From Botryllus schlosseri (Eukaryota): a stretch of DNA of 64,000 nt. The stretch spans positions 14,570,001 through 14,634,000 of the forward strand of contig CM119382.1 of the NCBI GenBank assembly GCA_051294905.1, in the 5' to 3' direction. The first letter of the stretch is position 1. Each line of letters opens with the position of its first letter. Positions 50,501 through 61,876 of the stretch are shown here, one piece after another. A program made the position numbers and the translations under genes. The notes under the pieces are model-generated. The model was not told the origin of the DNA. It was given only the letters and a program-made list of their open reading frames with translations, and did no database searches.

Positions 50501-53500
50501 ACGGACAACAACGAACAAAAACTGCCCTCCGTCGACAATTTAAACACAATAGAACCACAAAAATTTCCACTCACTTTTCTCTGAGACTTGGACGACGCGG
50601 ACAGCTCCGGGTAAATTTCTATCGACGGGTCCAGCAACTTTTTCTCGCCGGACCGTGACTCTTTCGGGCTGGAACGTAGCACGTCCGGTACAAACTTCAC
50701 CGGCGACGCGTTCTTTACAGTTATTTCCGGCGTTATCGCGGGCTGCCCGCCGTAGTCCGCGCCGCGCTTGGGCGACGTTCTGGGCATGCAGTCTCTGGAT
50801 AGTCCCAATTTGGCAAAGTCTCGCTCCATGCGTGACTGCTGATTGGCGTTGTCCATGTCGCTGTCGGAGGAAGACGGCACTAGGAACACTCTGGCGTTTC
50901 TCTTGTCTCTGGCGCCTGGTCTTCTGATCCCCTGTGGAACGAAACGAAAATGATGTGATCTTTTGCCAACTCTTCACCTTATCTAATTCATTTATTGTCT
51001 ACCTAATTATTTTCCACGTTCATCTGTTTTTCTCCGCATTTGTATTATCGCTAAATTTTTAGTGTATCTTCTCTAAGACGCTCCTGGCGGCTTTGATGAC
51101 ATTGTTATATCAAACCTGTCTATTCCTTGCTTATCTGCATATCATATTTCATCCACTGCATTTTTGTTATGTTAACACTTTGCACGGATGACAAATAAAG
51201 ATTCTCTATTGCTTGTGTGATTGCCTACTTTCAAACACAAATCGAAGCCATGCAGACGAAGCAAAAGACCGTCCGGGCAAGATGCGGTAGCCCATATTTT
51301 TGTGGTGGTGCGAGCAGGCCTACCTACTTATCACAATTTTATTTTCTTGTCTCTCATTTTACCAAAATCACATTTGCTGTAACGCAGCCGACGAGTCATT
51401 CGATTTTGGGTTGATTGTTATCATTATTCAAGTCCAATATTCACACACCTTTCAGTGTGAGTGACGTCATATGCATGATATGCATCATTCACACAACCAC
51501 AAAGAAAACCAATGCTGAACACACATCACCAATAACAAATCGTAGATCAAGACATTTTACAGTTTATTAGACCGTATGCGGTCAGTGGTGCAAGCATCTA
51601 TTCAATATAGTCCAGTAACCCCACGCTAAGAGCAAGTACAAACCAGTCCAATTGAAACGAATGACCCCAATCTTTTTCACTGAAACTTTCAGAACCACAG
51701 AACAGACCTTGCCTTATTGATACTCCAGTAATAGATAACAGTTACTGCAAATGTTATCATGAAATTGTCTCGTTCATTATCCAGAAGCTGCATGAGTCAG
51801 TAGTTATTGCTCACTCACTAAGGGCAGTTCATTTCACGGCTAGTTCATAAACACTGAAGCAAACAAATCAACCGTGAAGATTCATGCAGTAACGCAAATG
51901 CAAGCATAAAGCAAACATAAACCATGAAGATGGAATACTACAATCTGAAAACCACTCTTGAACATAATTTCGATTCTGTATAGCAAAGCACAGCAAACAT
52001 ATTAACCTACTGCCAACGATTGAATGCTTCCTGGGATTGTGTACACACAGCTAGAATTGGTAAACTTTGATGCAGCATATCCAAAACACTACTTAAGAAC
52101 CTGACTCAGTTAAAGATGCCGGTCACGAAATTCCATATTCAACATCTTACCATTTCACTGCACAATAATTCAATCAAACAGCAGGCTTGCAGAATTTGAC
52201 AACAGATTGATAGCAAGTTTACCAGTAGTGTAAATTTCACCATATCAGAACAAGTTACAGCAAAATTTCAACACAAAACTCATAGAAATAGTAGAACACT
52301 TACTTGTGAGTTGTGTTCATGTCTCGGCGATCGCAATTCGACTGCGCTTGCATTGGACGTGGATTGCGTGGCGGCAGTAATAATATTCGCGTCGTCCTGC
52401 CTCGACTCTTCAAAAGGCACGCTTCCTGTATGATCGACACATGGAAATATCACGGCCAGCAAACGAGCGGCTAATAATAATACGACGGCAACGTCCGAGG
52501 CAGCAAAAGAAAATCGACGCAAAAAATGAAAAGACCGGAAAGGAAAGGCGATTGCCACCCGCGGAAGAGATGATGAAACAAAGTTTAATACATCTCAGAG
52601 TATGCGAAACACAAAGTCAGAACAAAACAATGCTGGGGTTCTTGCCGTTTCGACTCTGCATATACTCCCGCAATGTAGCCGTCATAGTGCTTTAGAAAAC
52701 CGAACAGCGGTCAATTCATCGAGGCATTGTTTCTGAAGCCGACACGTTCGAAGAGATAATACGCACGCATTACTGATATCACAAATCCACACAATATATC
52801 AAAGATTTTTTAAAACACGTGAATATTATTGTCTTAAATGCTAACTTACCTCATTTTATACTTGAATACAACAAAACTGAAGTATTTTCACTACCGGACA
52901 GTCGCTGCCCACAATCAGCAGTCTATTTGACGTAAGAAGGCAAAGTCTTGTATATATATATCGAACTGTACCTTCTTTATCCAAGACCGATGCATCCAGT
53001 GTGTTGACATTAGAATCCTGCTTCCTATCAAGTGTTGGCGTCGCGTCTGCGTTCTCGTCCGCATTTAACGAAGCGTTTTGCTGGTAAGGAAAAATTCGAC
53101 TACTATTAATACGACGCTAATTGAATTACATAGAAAATTGACGGAGGCAAGGTATACCACGCCCGCAATACGTGATCGTACCCACTTATCTGTGTCTGTA
53201 TGAAAAAAAATTGTCTCAAGGTGCCAAGATAACAAAGTCACTGCAAAGCCTTGCACCTTAATGCAGGAAAGTCATAATTTTGTGATAGTGCTCAGAGTTT
53301 GTGAAAGAATTCTAACAATATTATAATGAGAGGCATAGAAAAGCAGGTATTTTTAACGTTATTTCATGCCTTTTCATCTGAATCGGTTGGCTGGAAAACA
53401 TAGGGTCACACATGACATCACACTACAAACAAACGTGTTCCGACTCGAAATTTTGCTTTCCAATTGGGCTGATTCTTGGGTTCATCTAAACCGCTAAATT

Positions 53501-56500
53501 ACACAATCGGATGTGAACCGTTACCGTACAAGGCATACATGGAGTCGTTGCCAACTTTGAACTGTGGAATATCAAGGTTTAGTTGGGGGCAATGTCAATA
53601 TGCAACGGAAACATCAAGTTTACTTATATATTAGTGATGGCTCAGCCGATTTTTTATAGCAAATAATTTAATTCATATCAGAATTCAAGTTTACAAATCG
53701 TTATAATTTAGCTAAAACTAATAAGGAACATATCCAGAAACAGGCTATTAACTGGGCACTGTAGCAGACCATGATTTTCGCAGCATGCGGTTCATGGCCT
53801 CTTAATACATCGAAGCTCAAGACCATTATCCTATCCTAATTTTGAGGTCCGATGCAAATTCATTCGTAATTTGACGTCACAAGAACGGAGAAGGCATTAT
53901 TCCATCAATAATTCATTTTCATGCTTTCAAAATCGATGTAGCGAGATGTACACACACGAGTCAGATTGAACTGGCATCTAATTTTGTAGCTAGAAATTTC
54001 GCAGTAAGTGGCTCCCCTTACAGAAATCATGTACTATATAATTACAGAGCTAATAGCAGCAAAACACTGACGGGACGAATCGATCAGTAAGTTGGAATAT
54101 ACATTCAAACGCCAAGTACATACAGTCGAACGCAGCTGCCTTCAACTACGCAATGAGCACGTAATGAGTGTGCTAAATTATAGTCGCCTACCTACGCAGA
54201 ATGCATACCGCAGAGCAATGCCAAAATATTGCATACCAACTTAGACGTGTGAAAACTACTTCAAGTGGAATTAGTAATGAAAGGTCTGTAAAGTACTCGA
54301 TAAGTTTGGAAGAGTAGACTCGGCCGAGAGTCAGCATGCTTTTGAAACTTAATCCGTGATGCCGACTCTTGAAATCACAAGATGCATATTTGGGGCAAAC
54401 GTAAAATGATGGATGACACTCCAAATAGGTAATATCTCGGAAAATATACTCAACAGTCACGGCTATTCCATGCCCTTCTATTAACGATTACAACGTTGAA
54501 AAGCACATTCATATTGAAATGAACCGAACATTCTCGGCTGACACTCGTCTGAAGCCTGATTCAGAACAGGCAAAGGCCATGAATTCTGCCATTGGCGAAC
54601 CATTTGTTGGATAATTTTGTAGGTGTCAACAAAAGGAGTCTGCGTCCCATCTAAAAATAGTACATTGAACGGTCTTATTCAAAATTTCATGCTGGTGACG
54701 TCATATTTTGTGTTACGATTGTTGATATACAATGTTCCTTCCAATTCTCTACTAGTTGCTGACGATTACCCATGATGAGTGTCAGCCGAAAATATTCGGG
54801 TTCATCTCAATACGAATATAGTCAATATACTATTCAATTTTGTTTGTGCGAAGAATTAACGAGACGACAGATTCCGCATCGTCGGGAGAGGCCGTTTACA
54901 CTTTCATTTGTGTGCCTTCGAGTCGACTTTCATTGAAACAAGCCTACATAATTTGTGCCAACATAAGGAGTCTGTGTGCCATCTGACAATAGTAGGCATA
55001 CATTTGGCTTTTCGCCAATTCTCCATCCCGATAATTCAAATTTTCATGCTGGCGACGTCATATTTTGTGATACAATTGTTGATATACAATGTTCTTCCCA
55101 ATTCTCTACTAGTCGCCGATGATTACCCCTAACAAGTGTCAGCCAAAAATAAGTCACTACGTTTTATTTCGGAAGCGGAAACACATCCTTCAATTTACCC
55201 TACATCACAACGCGCCATTTCAAAAAGAAAATGACGAAATCTCACCTCAGACATCTCATAATCTACATCCTCGTCTTTAACTTTGTCCGACCTCACCGTC
55301 ACGTTGGGCTTTTGCAACTGTTTCGCTGACGGCGTCCTCCACACCGGTTTAAAAACGGAACCGTTACTCTTGACGTTACTCTTCGCATTGGCTGTGACCG
55401 GACTTTCGCGGATGCCGTTCTTACTTGCGAGTTCTTCGACTTCGGTCGAACTGCCGCTGGATATATCGCAAGAGCCCTTCCTCGATGCAAGCTTGGGTGT
55501 GACGGGAATACGCTGCGGCACGATTTCCCTGTCTATAACGCAGTCCCGATCTTTGTTACGGTAATTTGAAATATCGCCCTCCCGGGTATTATCAGTCTTT
55601 CTATCTACGAGTTCGGTTTTCGCGTCTTTTTTCGTCACGTCGATCTGCTGCGACACGTGCGGCAGCTTCACCTCGGCGACCGCGTTGTCGGTAGAGTTCT
55701 CCAAAGCGAGCGCCAGCCGCTGGAACGACTCTTTCATCATTTCCACCTGGTCCGACGAGGACACCGACGCATTTTCGTCGATATTCCCGTCCGGCGTTGT
55801 GATTCCGGACGAGGCCACGGACCTGGGCTGGTTGGACGATATTATGTCCGGCTTTGGCATCGAGATATTGTCGAGGCTTTTCTGCGATCGAAAAAAAGGG
55901 AACTGCTCACTAGGGCTCTTCAAAAATAACTTTTCTTCTCAAATTGCACTGGCACTTGATAAAATTGTTAGGTTACCTAATTTAAGCCTACACACCAAAT
56001 TTGGTTCAATTCCAACCAGTAGCCGCATTGCTACAGGAGAAGAAAGTTTCTATTTATTATTCAAAAATAAATATCAAAAAAAATTTTCTGTTCCCCCCAT
56101 GAAAGTGCTGTGTGAAAGGTTGTCTATAGAAACGATGTTCACCAAATTTGGTTCAATTCCAACTAGTGGAAGCGGAGTTATTGCCGTCGAAAAATTTGGA
56201 CTTGAATAAAATAGTATTTATAGTGGGCACCACTATAATAAATAATTAGAGAATGGGTCACCGTAAATAGGCCTACTATTTTCTTCATAATCCAAATTTT
56301 TCGACGGCAATAACTCCGCTTCCACTGGTTGGAATTGAACCAAATTTGGTGAACACCGTTTCTATAGACAACCTAACACTTGCATGGGGTGAACAGAAAA
56401 TTTTCAAATTTTTTGTTACCGTATTTATATTTATATAATAAATCGAAACTTTCTTCTCCTGTAGCAATGCGGCTACGGATTGGAATTGAACCAAATTTGG

Positions 56501-59500
56501 TGTGTAGGCTTAAATTAGGTAACCTAACAGTTTTATCAAGGAGCCAGTGCGATTTGAGAAAAAAAGTCATTTTTGAAGAGCCCTACTGCTCACATTGTTT
56601 GGCCCAAGACATTGAAATTTTTTATCGGTACTGTGGATTCGGTTCAATTTACCAACGGCTGGCTACGACTTCAGACATTTCAATACACCAAACTACGGAA
56701 ACTGTAAACACACAAACCCCAACTCCAATTATGATTCCTAATATCTTCGTCACAGAGCTCAGACTCCAACAATCCTGTAACTCTGCTCAGAAACTTGAAC
56801 ATTTATTCACATTTTTAGCTATTATTATTATTAGCAGGTGAATCAACCTATTTTTTTCAATTCAATTAACTTTGTGCTGGCAGAATTAACTACATTTGTG
56901 AAGTTCTGTCTACGTGAAAAAACTTGATAACCTCTCTAACTGCAATGGCACTTTTTACCAACATTTGAGTTTCGAGAACAATTGGTACGATTTTACAGGA
57001 GTCCCTCAAAAGCGCATCGCAAGAAAGAATGTAACAAAACATTGACTCTGGCTTTACAGCTCTGCTTGTAACAGGTGGAAGATTTTATTGTTGCTACGTT
57101 TCTTCTAAAGATGGGCAAAGGTAAATTAGCACCGACATTCCAATGTCTGCAAACAACTTACAGGCTTAGGAAAGCTACACTAGTAGCTAGTTTTTTTCAC
57201 AAAATTTCGTTTCTTGCGACATATCCTTTTAAATTCAAAAATAAAATCACTAAATTTTACAATTTTCATCACCGGTACTGTGTTTGGTTATTATGACGGT
57301 AAAACACACTCGATTGACAAAATGTAATGTAAAAGCTACAATAAAGCCATCTTTATACGACCAAAAAGCAAATCCATGATGGAGGTAGTCCGTCAACATG
57401 GCATGGCAGAAGAAGTATTTCGAGAATGCAATAATTAATTCTTTTCTCAATCGATCCACTAATTCCGGACTAAACCAGCCGGCAAAATATAACCCAATTT
57501 GTACGTGGCATGATCTACTACGCAGCATGTCAAGTTCATAATCTTCTCATCGCACACAATAAAAATAATTATACAGTCGCACTACAGGCAACAGCAGTTA
57601 CTACGACAGTAAAATTAATAGCCGTTCGAAGTCATCAAGGCAATGATTTAAAAGTGACTGGTATCATATACAATATCGCCTCTATAAGGTTGCAGAACAA
57701 GACGAATGCCGGCCATCAAAAAACCAACACGCTAATGTGACCTTGACGGGAATCCAAACATACAATATTCATACAATAAACGGCCGAGATAGACTGCGGG
57801 ATCGATCCTGTGGCGTAAATTATTGAAGACTTGTAACGGGCCCAATACTATACTCTGATGCAAAGGGATACATGACAAAAATGACAAAGACGCAAGCGCC
57901 CACCTCTGACTCGCCCACGGTAGGAACCGAGCTTATCGAGGACACGCTGGACGTTTCTTCGGAATGCATTTCTCTTTCGGAGTTTGAAAATCTAGCTCTC
58001 GAGCTGCCGTGGCTTAGCGAGCGCCTTTTCGATCTGTGCACGTTTGGTCGGACCTTTGTCGAATCGTTGAAGGAAAGTATTAGTCTGTGTCGACGGCAGG
58101 GTTGTAATGACTCGAGTCAGACTCGAGTCACGCTTTTCTGATGACTCGACTTGACTCGAGTCATTTTCCAAAATACGGAAATGACTCGACTCGACTCGAG
58201 TCAATCTGTGTATTGACTCGACTTGGACTCGAGTCATTGTGCATGACTCGAGCCAAGTCATTGACTCGAGACTGAGACAGCCAAGACCGGCATTTCATTA
58301 TAATTCCGAAGCCAACGCACTATTGGGATTTCGTCTGTTGGTACTGGTACTTGAAAATGTGACCAGAAAAGATAGGTGAATTGGTATATTATAACATCAA
58401 AACATTCGATTCCATCAAATAGAGTTATAAAAGCACTTTTGTTGACTGCTCAGTTTCTTGTTAAAGTCTTGTTAAAAACCCAAGACTTTAACAAGAAACT
58501 GAGCAGTCCACACAATGACTTGGACTCGACTCGAGTCATAATACTGTGACTCGGACTTGACCCTCTTTTCGCTGACTTGGACTCGGACTTGACTCGATGG
58601 TGAATTGAAAATGACTCGACTTGACTCGAGTCAAAACTATAAAAGTGAGATTGACTTGTGACTCGGTGCCTTGTGACTTGGTTACAACCCTGGTCGACGG
58701 ACTTGCCGCTCTTGCAACCCACCTCCAACTTGACAGCGGCCTCCGATTCCAGAATTTTTAATCGGTCTTTAATCGACAGACGAGCGCATATTTTGTCTTC
58801 CGATGGCTTTGCAAATCTTGAAAATATCAAAACATTAGCGGTCGTCAGCTCTTTCTCAGCTCAGCTCAAAAAAACGCCAATTACATCATCAAAAATAGTC
58901 GTTGTCTTGGCCATGAATATACTTTACAACACTTTGTGCCGGTGGTACGGCACAATCAATTCTTAATAGAAATGGTGTTTCAATGAATATACGTAACGTA
59001 TCGCAACATGCTCCTGATACCAAGTTACGACTGAGTCTAGCTTCAAGGCTCTCAAGCTGGGAAAAAGTGTCGCGACTGCATTTATCATCAATAAATAATG
59101 GTTAGTCAAAAAACGAGCATTATTTCGATACTCGAAAACTGAATGTTGCATTACATGTAAAACACTGAAGTATCCACACACAACATATGCACAGTTCACC
59201 CTGAATCAACAAAAAAATATAAAATAATCATTTGCACGACAAATTTATTCGATTCTAAGAGACGATAACCAGAAATCAGTTGTCTGCGGGGCACTGCTGG
59301 CCCCCAAGACCCGATAATCCAAGGAAGGGAGTTCAAGTACCAATCCGAGTAGAATTCCGGGTGAACATCAACAATACCTGTTGTTCGGTGTAAATGGCGG
59401 ATTGTTGGAAGTTCGTCGCGAAGCAATTCTATCTTCTGAACCACGTGGAGCATACGAGAGTCTTTCTGCTGAAAGGAAATCAGTTGTTCACAAATCGTGA

Positions 59501-60656
59501 ATGGTAGCGATGGAATGCCTCTCCCTCCAATGATTTAGATGAGGGGTTCTAAACCTAGGGGGCCAGCCCCCCTTGGGGGGGGTGCGAGAAATTGACAAAG
59601 TCTGTGTAAATTGTGACTAAACATGTGTTTTACAACCATTCTGAAAAGACGATTGTTTAAGATTGAACTCATTTCGTATTCTAGAAAGCTTGCCAAACTC
59701 AAACTCCAGCAGTCGCGCTCAACGGAGTATATGCCGACTTCAACTTCATTTGAGCAAATTTCTGATATTCTTTGAAGATTTAAAGCAATTCCTACGTGCA
59801 AGTCATTCATTACTTTATAGCTTTGGCAGTAACCCAAATCTCGGTGCGCTAAGTAGCTGTTGGTGATAGCTGGCGAACTGCACTGTCTACGACAAACTTA
59901 AGCCCTCAATTAGGCTATAAATCAACACAATTTAATTATTTCCAAAACTGATCAAATTTAGCATGGCAGGACAGAACGACGCCGTGCTCTCTGTAGTCAC
60001 TACCAGCATCAGGATTAGTCTCAGTGCAACCTACCTTGATATTAATTGATGTCCTGTTCAATGTTTATTTTATGTTATTTTCAAACAAGTTTAAGGAAAT
60101 TTGTCAGGAATGTAAAGACTCAACAACTGGAATGCGGATTCAAAATTGGCGTAGGATATACCTTATGCATACTATTAGATCAGGGGTGGGCATTCCGGGC
60201 AACTTTCGCCCGCGTACGGCCGCATGCGGCACATTGAGACACATGAGACACAGTGGCACATTCTGTTCAAATAATTCAGTCCAACCCCTCACCCTAACCC
60301 TCATCAGTATTTGTTGCTGAAATCAACGCGGTCGTCATTTGGCACCCAAATAAGCTGTCAGTCGAGCGTGTACCGTAGTCATATTGCATTCAAAGGTGCC
60401 CATACTGTGCCCAACTTGAACAGGATTCGCAAGCAGAACCTCTAATTGTACCGTATCACTAGTTGGACGGCCTCCAGGTAAGTAACTGCATGAAATAAGC
60501 TATCTCACCTTTGACTGCAGAGGCATGAGCCGAATTGGAGCCAGTTGTGAAAGAAGCTACTCGACGGCGTTTTTGATTGTTGCTTGTCGGGGTGGCGGAA
60601 ATAGGAACAAATGACTTGGGCCCCATGGGCCGAACATAATCAGGGACGTAAGCCAT
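18970..60656 (-). CDS. ARHGAP21/23: Rho GTPase-activating protein 21/23-like (PH + RhoGAP), 29 coding exons, about 2086 aa
   Basis: Exons 5' to 3': 60509-60656, 59378-59468, 58723-58816, 57904-58053, 55246-55881, 52972-53080, 52304-52425, 50575-50931, 47744-47802, 46896-47012, 45231-45327, 44262-44325, 43253-43348, 43130-43184, 42971-43067, 39484-39555, 39301-39426, 38179-38328, 37693-37820, 37340-37395, 31711-32692, 30526-30602, 29294-29430, 28639-28876, 27001-27164, 25510-25638, 22764-22902, 21662-21687, 18970-20514. All GT-AG, phases match, total 6261 nt. Family motifs: SIPYIDD, PH domain, [40 protein letters not shown]|GS. Acceptors of the 42971-43067 and 37340-37395 exons are less certain. 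Confidence 0.93.
24428..24781. mobile_element. GACTCGAGTC-rich hAT MITE
   Basis: TIR CAGGGTTGTAA / TTACAACCCTG; 8-bp TSD CAGAAGAC. Confidence 0.93.
25510..29430 (-). CDS. ARHGAP21/23: RhoGAP-domain exons (29294-29430, 28639-28876, 27001-27164, 25510-25638)
   Basis: [10 protein letters not shown]|[31 protein letters not shown] (arginine finger)...[15 protein letters not shown]|ELYHDFI...[12 protein letters not shown]|[14 protein letters not shown]. Confidence 0.97.
26028..26462. mobile_element. GACTCGAGTC-rich hAT MITE
   Basis: TIR CAGGGTTGTAA / TTACAATCCTG; 8-bp TSD AATAAAGG. Confidence 0.93.
29808..30292. mobile_element. GACTCGAGTC-rich hAT MITE inserted into a hammerhead-repeat copy
   Basis: TIR CAGGGTTGTAA / TTACAACCATG; GAGTATAC (29795-29802, followed by 5 extra nt) and GAATATAC (30293-30300) form a degenerate TSD. 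Confidence 0.88.
31711..32692 (-). CDS. ARHGAP21/23: Large Ser/Pro/Lys-rich exon between PH and GAP domains
   Basis: 982 nt, phase 1 to phase 2, fits both neighbours; donor GAAG|GTTGGT. Confidence 0.85.
33270..33385 (-). repeat. Degenerate hammerhead-repeat copy (sense to host gene)
   Basis: Minus strand CCAATTCTGTCCTAGTTGCTGACGATTATCCCTGATGAGTGTCGGCCAAAGACATTC; GAAA core and stem I are mutated. Confidence 0.8.
35497..37198 (+). mobile_element. Internally deleted pogo-like (Tc1/mariner superfamily) DNA transposon
   Basis: TIR CCGTAACACGGGGTGACTTT / AAAGTCACCCCGTGTTACGG with TA TSD. Transposase remnant 36011-36780: N-terminal HTH ([10 protein letters not shown]...[12 protein letters not shown] / [16 protein letters not shown]...EKKIADHC) fused to the C-terminal YVIIEY...FPG...[14 protein letters not shown]...RGIY segment; frameshift, stops and no DDE core. 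Confidence 0.9.
37693..39555 (-). CDS. ARHGAP21/23: PH-domain exons (39484-39555, 39301-39426, 38179-38328, 37693-37820)
   Basis: ARSGVLHFK|VATIDKGKR...WRQVWAVLK...|...[12 protein letters not shown]...EYLFQ|[15 protein letters not shown]...INEDLIIRK. Confidence 0.95.
40057..41934. mobile_element. 1.9-kb non-autonomous hAT element with internal degenerate tandem repeats
   Basis: TIR CAGTGGTTCTTAACCTT / AAGGTTAAGAACCACTG; 8-bp TSD ATCTAAAG; subterminal GGGGCGC motifs; 3-4 units of about 330-400 bp. Confidence 0.92.
42850..42945 (-). mobile_element. SINE fragment (B-box plus conserved central domain)
   Basis: Minus strand GAGTTCAATCCCCG...CACCAAAGAC...AAAACTGGTATCAGTGGCTTCCCCGCTTGGTGCTCAGCATTA resembles, from memory, a widespread tRNA-derived animal SINE domain (Meta-SINE-like); not database-checked. 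Confidence 0.55.
43452..43772 (+). repeat. Near full-length hammerhead-repeat copy, GAAA core mutated
   Basis: ACCCCTGACGAGTGTCAGACAAAGATTATATTCGGGT at about 43667-43703, with the shared upstream body (TTTCATGCCGGTGATGTCATATTTTG...CCAATTCTCTA). Confidence 0.85.
45454..45497 (+). ncRNA. Type-I minimal hammerhead ribozyme motif (intact core) within a dispersed repeat (copy about 45425-45558)
   Basis: ACCC(45464-67) CTGACGA(45468-74) G-TGTCAGC-C(45475-83) GAAA(45484-87) ATAT TC(C17=45493) GGGT(45494-97). Stem III AATATT is palindromic; GCTGAC(45454-59) is complementary to loop-II GTCAGC(45477-82). Confidence 0.75.
50575..50931 (-). CDS. ARHGAP21/23: ARHGAP21/23-like N-terminal region exon
   Basis: CCACAG|GIRRPG...SSKSQRK|GTGAGT, 357 nt, phase 0/0. 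Confidence 0.85.
54507..55150 (+). repeat. Cluster of hammerhead-repeat copies: inverted fragment plus two tandem units
   Basis: Minus-strand fragment 54507-54551; copy about 54560-54840 (core ACCCATGATGAGTGTCAGCCGAAAATATTCGGGT, only C3 changed to A); copy about 54890-55150 (degenerate). Core-to-core spacing 357 nt. Confidence 0.85.
55246..55881 (-). CDS. ARHGAP21/23: ARHGAP21/23-like N-terminal region exon
   Basis: CGCAG|KSLDNIS...DYEMSE|GTGAGA, 636 nt, phase 0/0. Confidence 0.85.
55911..56585. mobile_element. 675-bp foldback hAT-type element
   Basis: About 300-bp inverted arms starting TAGGGCTCTTCAAAAAT / ATTTTTGAAGAGCCCTA; 8-bp TSD CTGCTCAC; CACCAAATTTGGTTCAATTCCAA repeated twice per arm. 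Confidence 0.92.
58097..58692. mobile_element. GACTCGAGTC-rich hAT MITE
   Basis: TIR CAGGGTTGTAA / TTACAACCCTG; 8-bp TSD GTCGACGG. Confidence 0.95.
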
Positions 60657-61876
60657 TGTCAGCAGTTACATTATCTGAAAAGGAGAATTCCCTATCGGCT
60701 ATCGTCATAATAGTAATACGCTTAGCTTATGTTCGAGCACTACTGGTAAGTCAAGTGCTACATTATGATCCTTCAACAGATACAGTAGGTTAGTACGCCT
60801 GCAAAAATCACAAATCCATCATCACTCATCAGGATATGCAAATATTACGTATAGTACTATAGTCCATGGCTAATCACACTTTTTCGACTTCCAAGTCGTT
60901 AGGCATTAGGAAAGATTAGGAATATCATCAAGGCAGGGTGATGTTGGTGGATGATTTTCAAAAAAAGAAAGAAAGAAATGTGATATTATTGTAGACATGG
61001 ATTTGGAGGAATGGAAATTATTAAATCAAGAAAGTGCCCTTCTTGACTGCAAGCAGTAACTTGAAAATGAGTTGCATCAGCATCAGCAGTAACATCGATA
61101 CGAAAGAATACCGGCAGGCAAAACTTACACGAACTGCATTAAAAGAATCAGGAAACCCCCCCGCACTCGACTGAATCAATATAAAATGCCTTAATACCCT
61201 AAGCCGGTTTTGTATTTTTTACAGTCGTTATTTGCTGGATATTCAGGACCAGAAATGAAAGTGTTATCAGTGCAGATTAAAGTGTAAAGTCTACAACAGA
61301 AATTTCAGCAGTCCAGCTGCCGCTATCAACACACTTACCCGACAGTCGTTAACACTTTCTTCATAACAAACACCAAGCAAGACCGCTGACATCGAGAACA
61401 ATTATATAACTGCCAATAGATGGCACTCCATACTATTGGCAGAAAATTAACATAAATATATGTATTAAGCCTGAGAATTACACATAAGTAGTTGAGATTT
61501 CACTCGACATAAGTTATCGCTCGGATTCCTGTCACAGGTGGTGCGCTACGATCAGAAACCAAAAATTTTCACCCTAATTAAAGTAGGTCTGTGCAAGTGT
61601 CCAAAGTTGGACAGAGCGTCGTTCTCTTGGTGATTTGGTGTAAATTCAGATGCACATATATAAACTCGTGATTTGAGGTATTGCTTTTTCTTGGGGGGCG
61701 GGGGTTTTGAACCGCATTCAAACACAGGACTTCGATGCATATAATACATCACATTACAATGCGCCAACAAGATTGTGGTCACTCGTATTGTGGTAGGAGT
61801 AAATAGATGATGATATCTCAAATCCACAATTTCGTGTTCTTATGGCTGAAAAAGTTGCAGCATTATATAATCCGAT

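Noticed and set aside
57992-58830. MITE disrupting a coding exon
   Set aside because: Donor at 58722 and acceptor at 58054 place it inside a former 65-bp intron; the frame is preserved by splicing.
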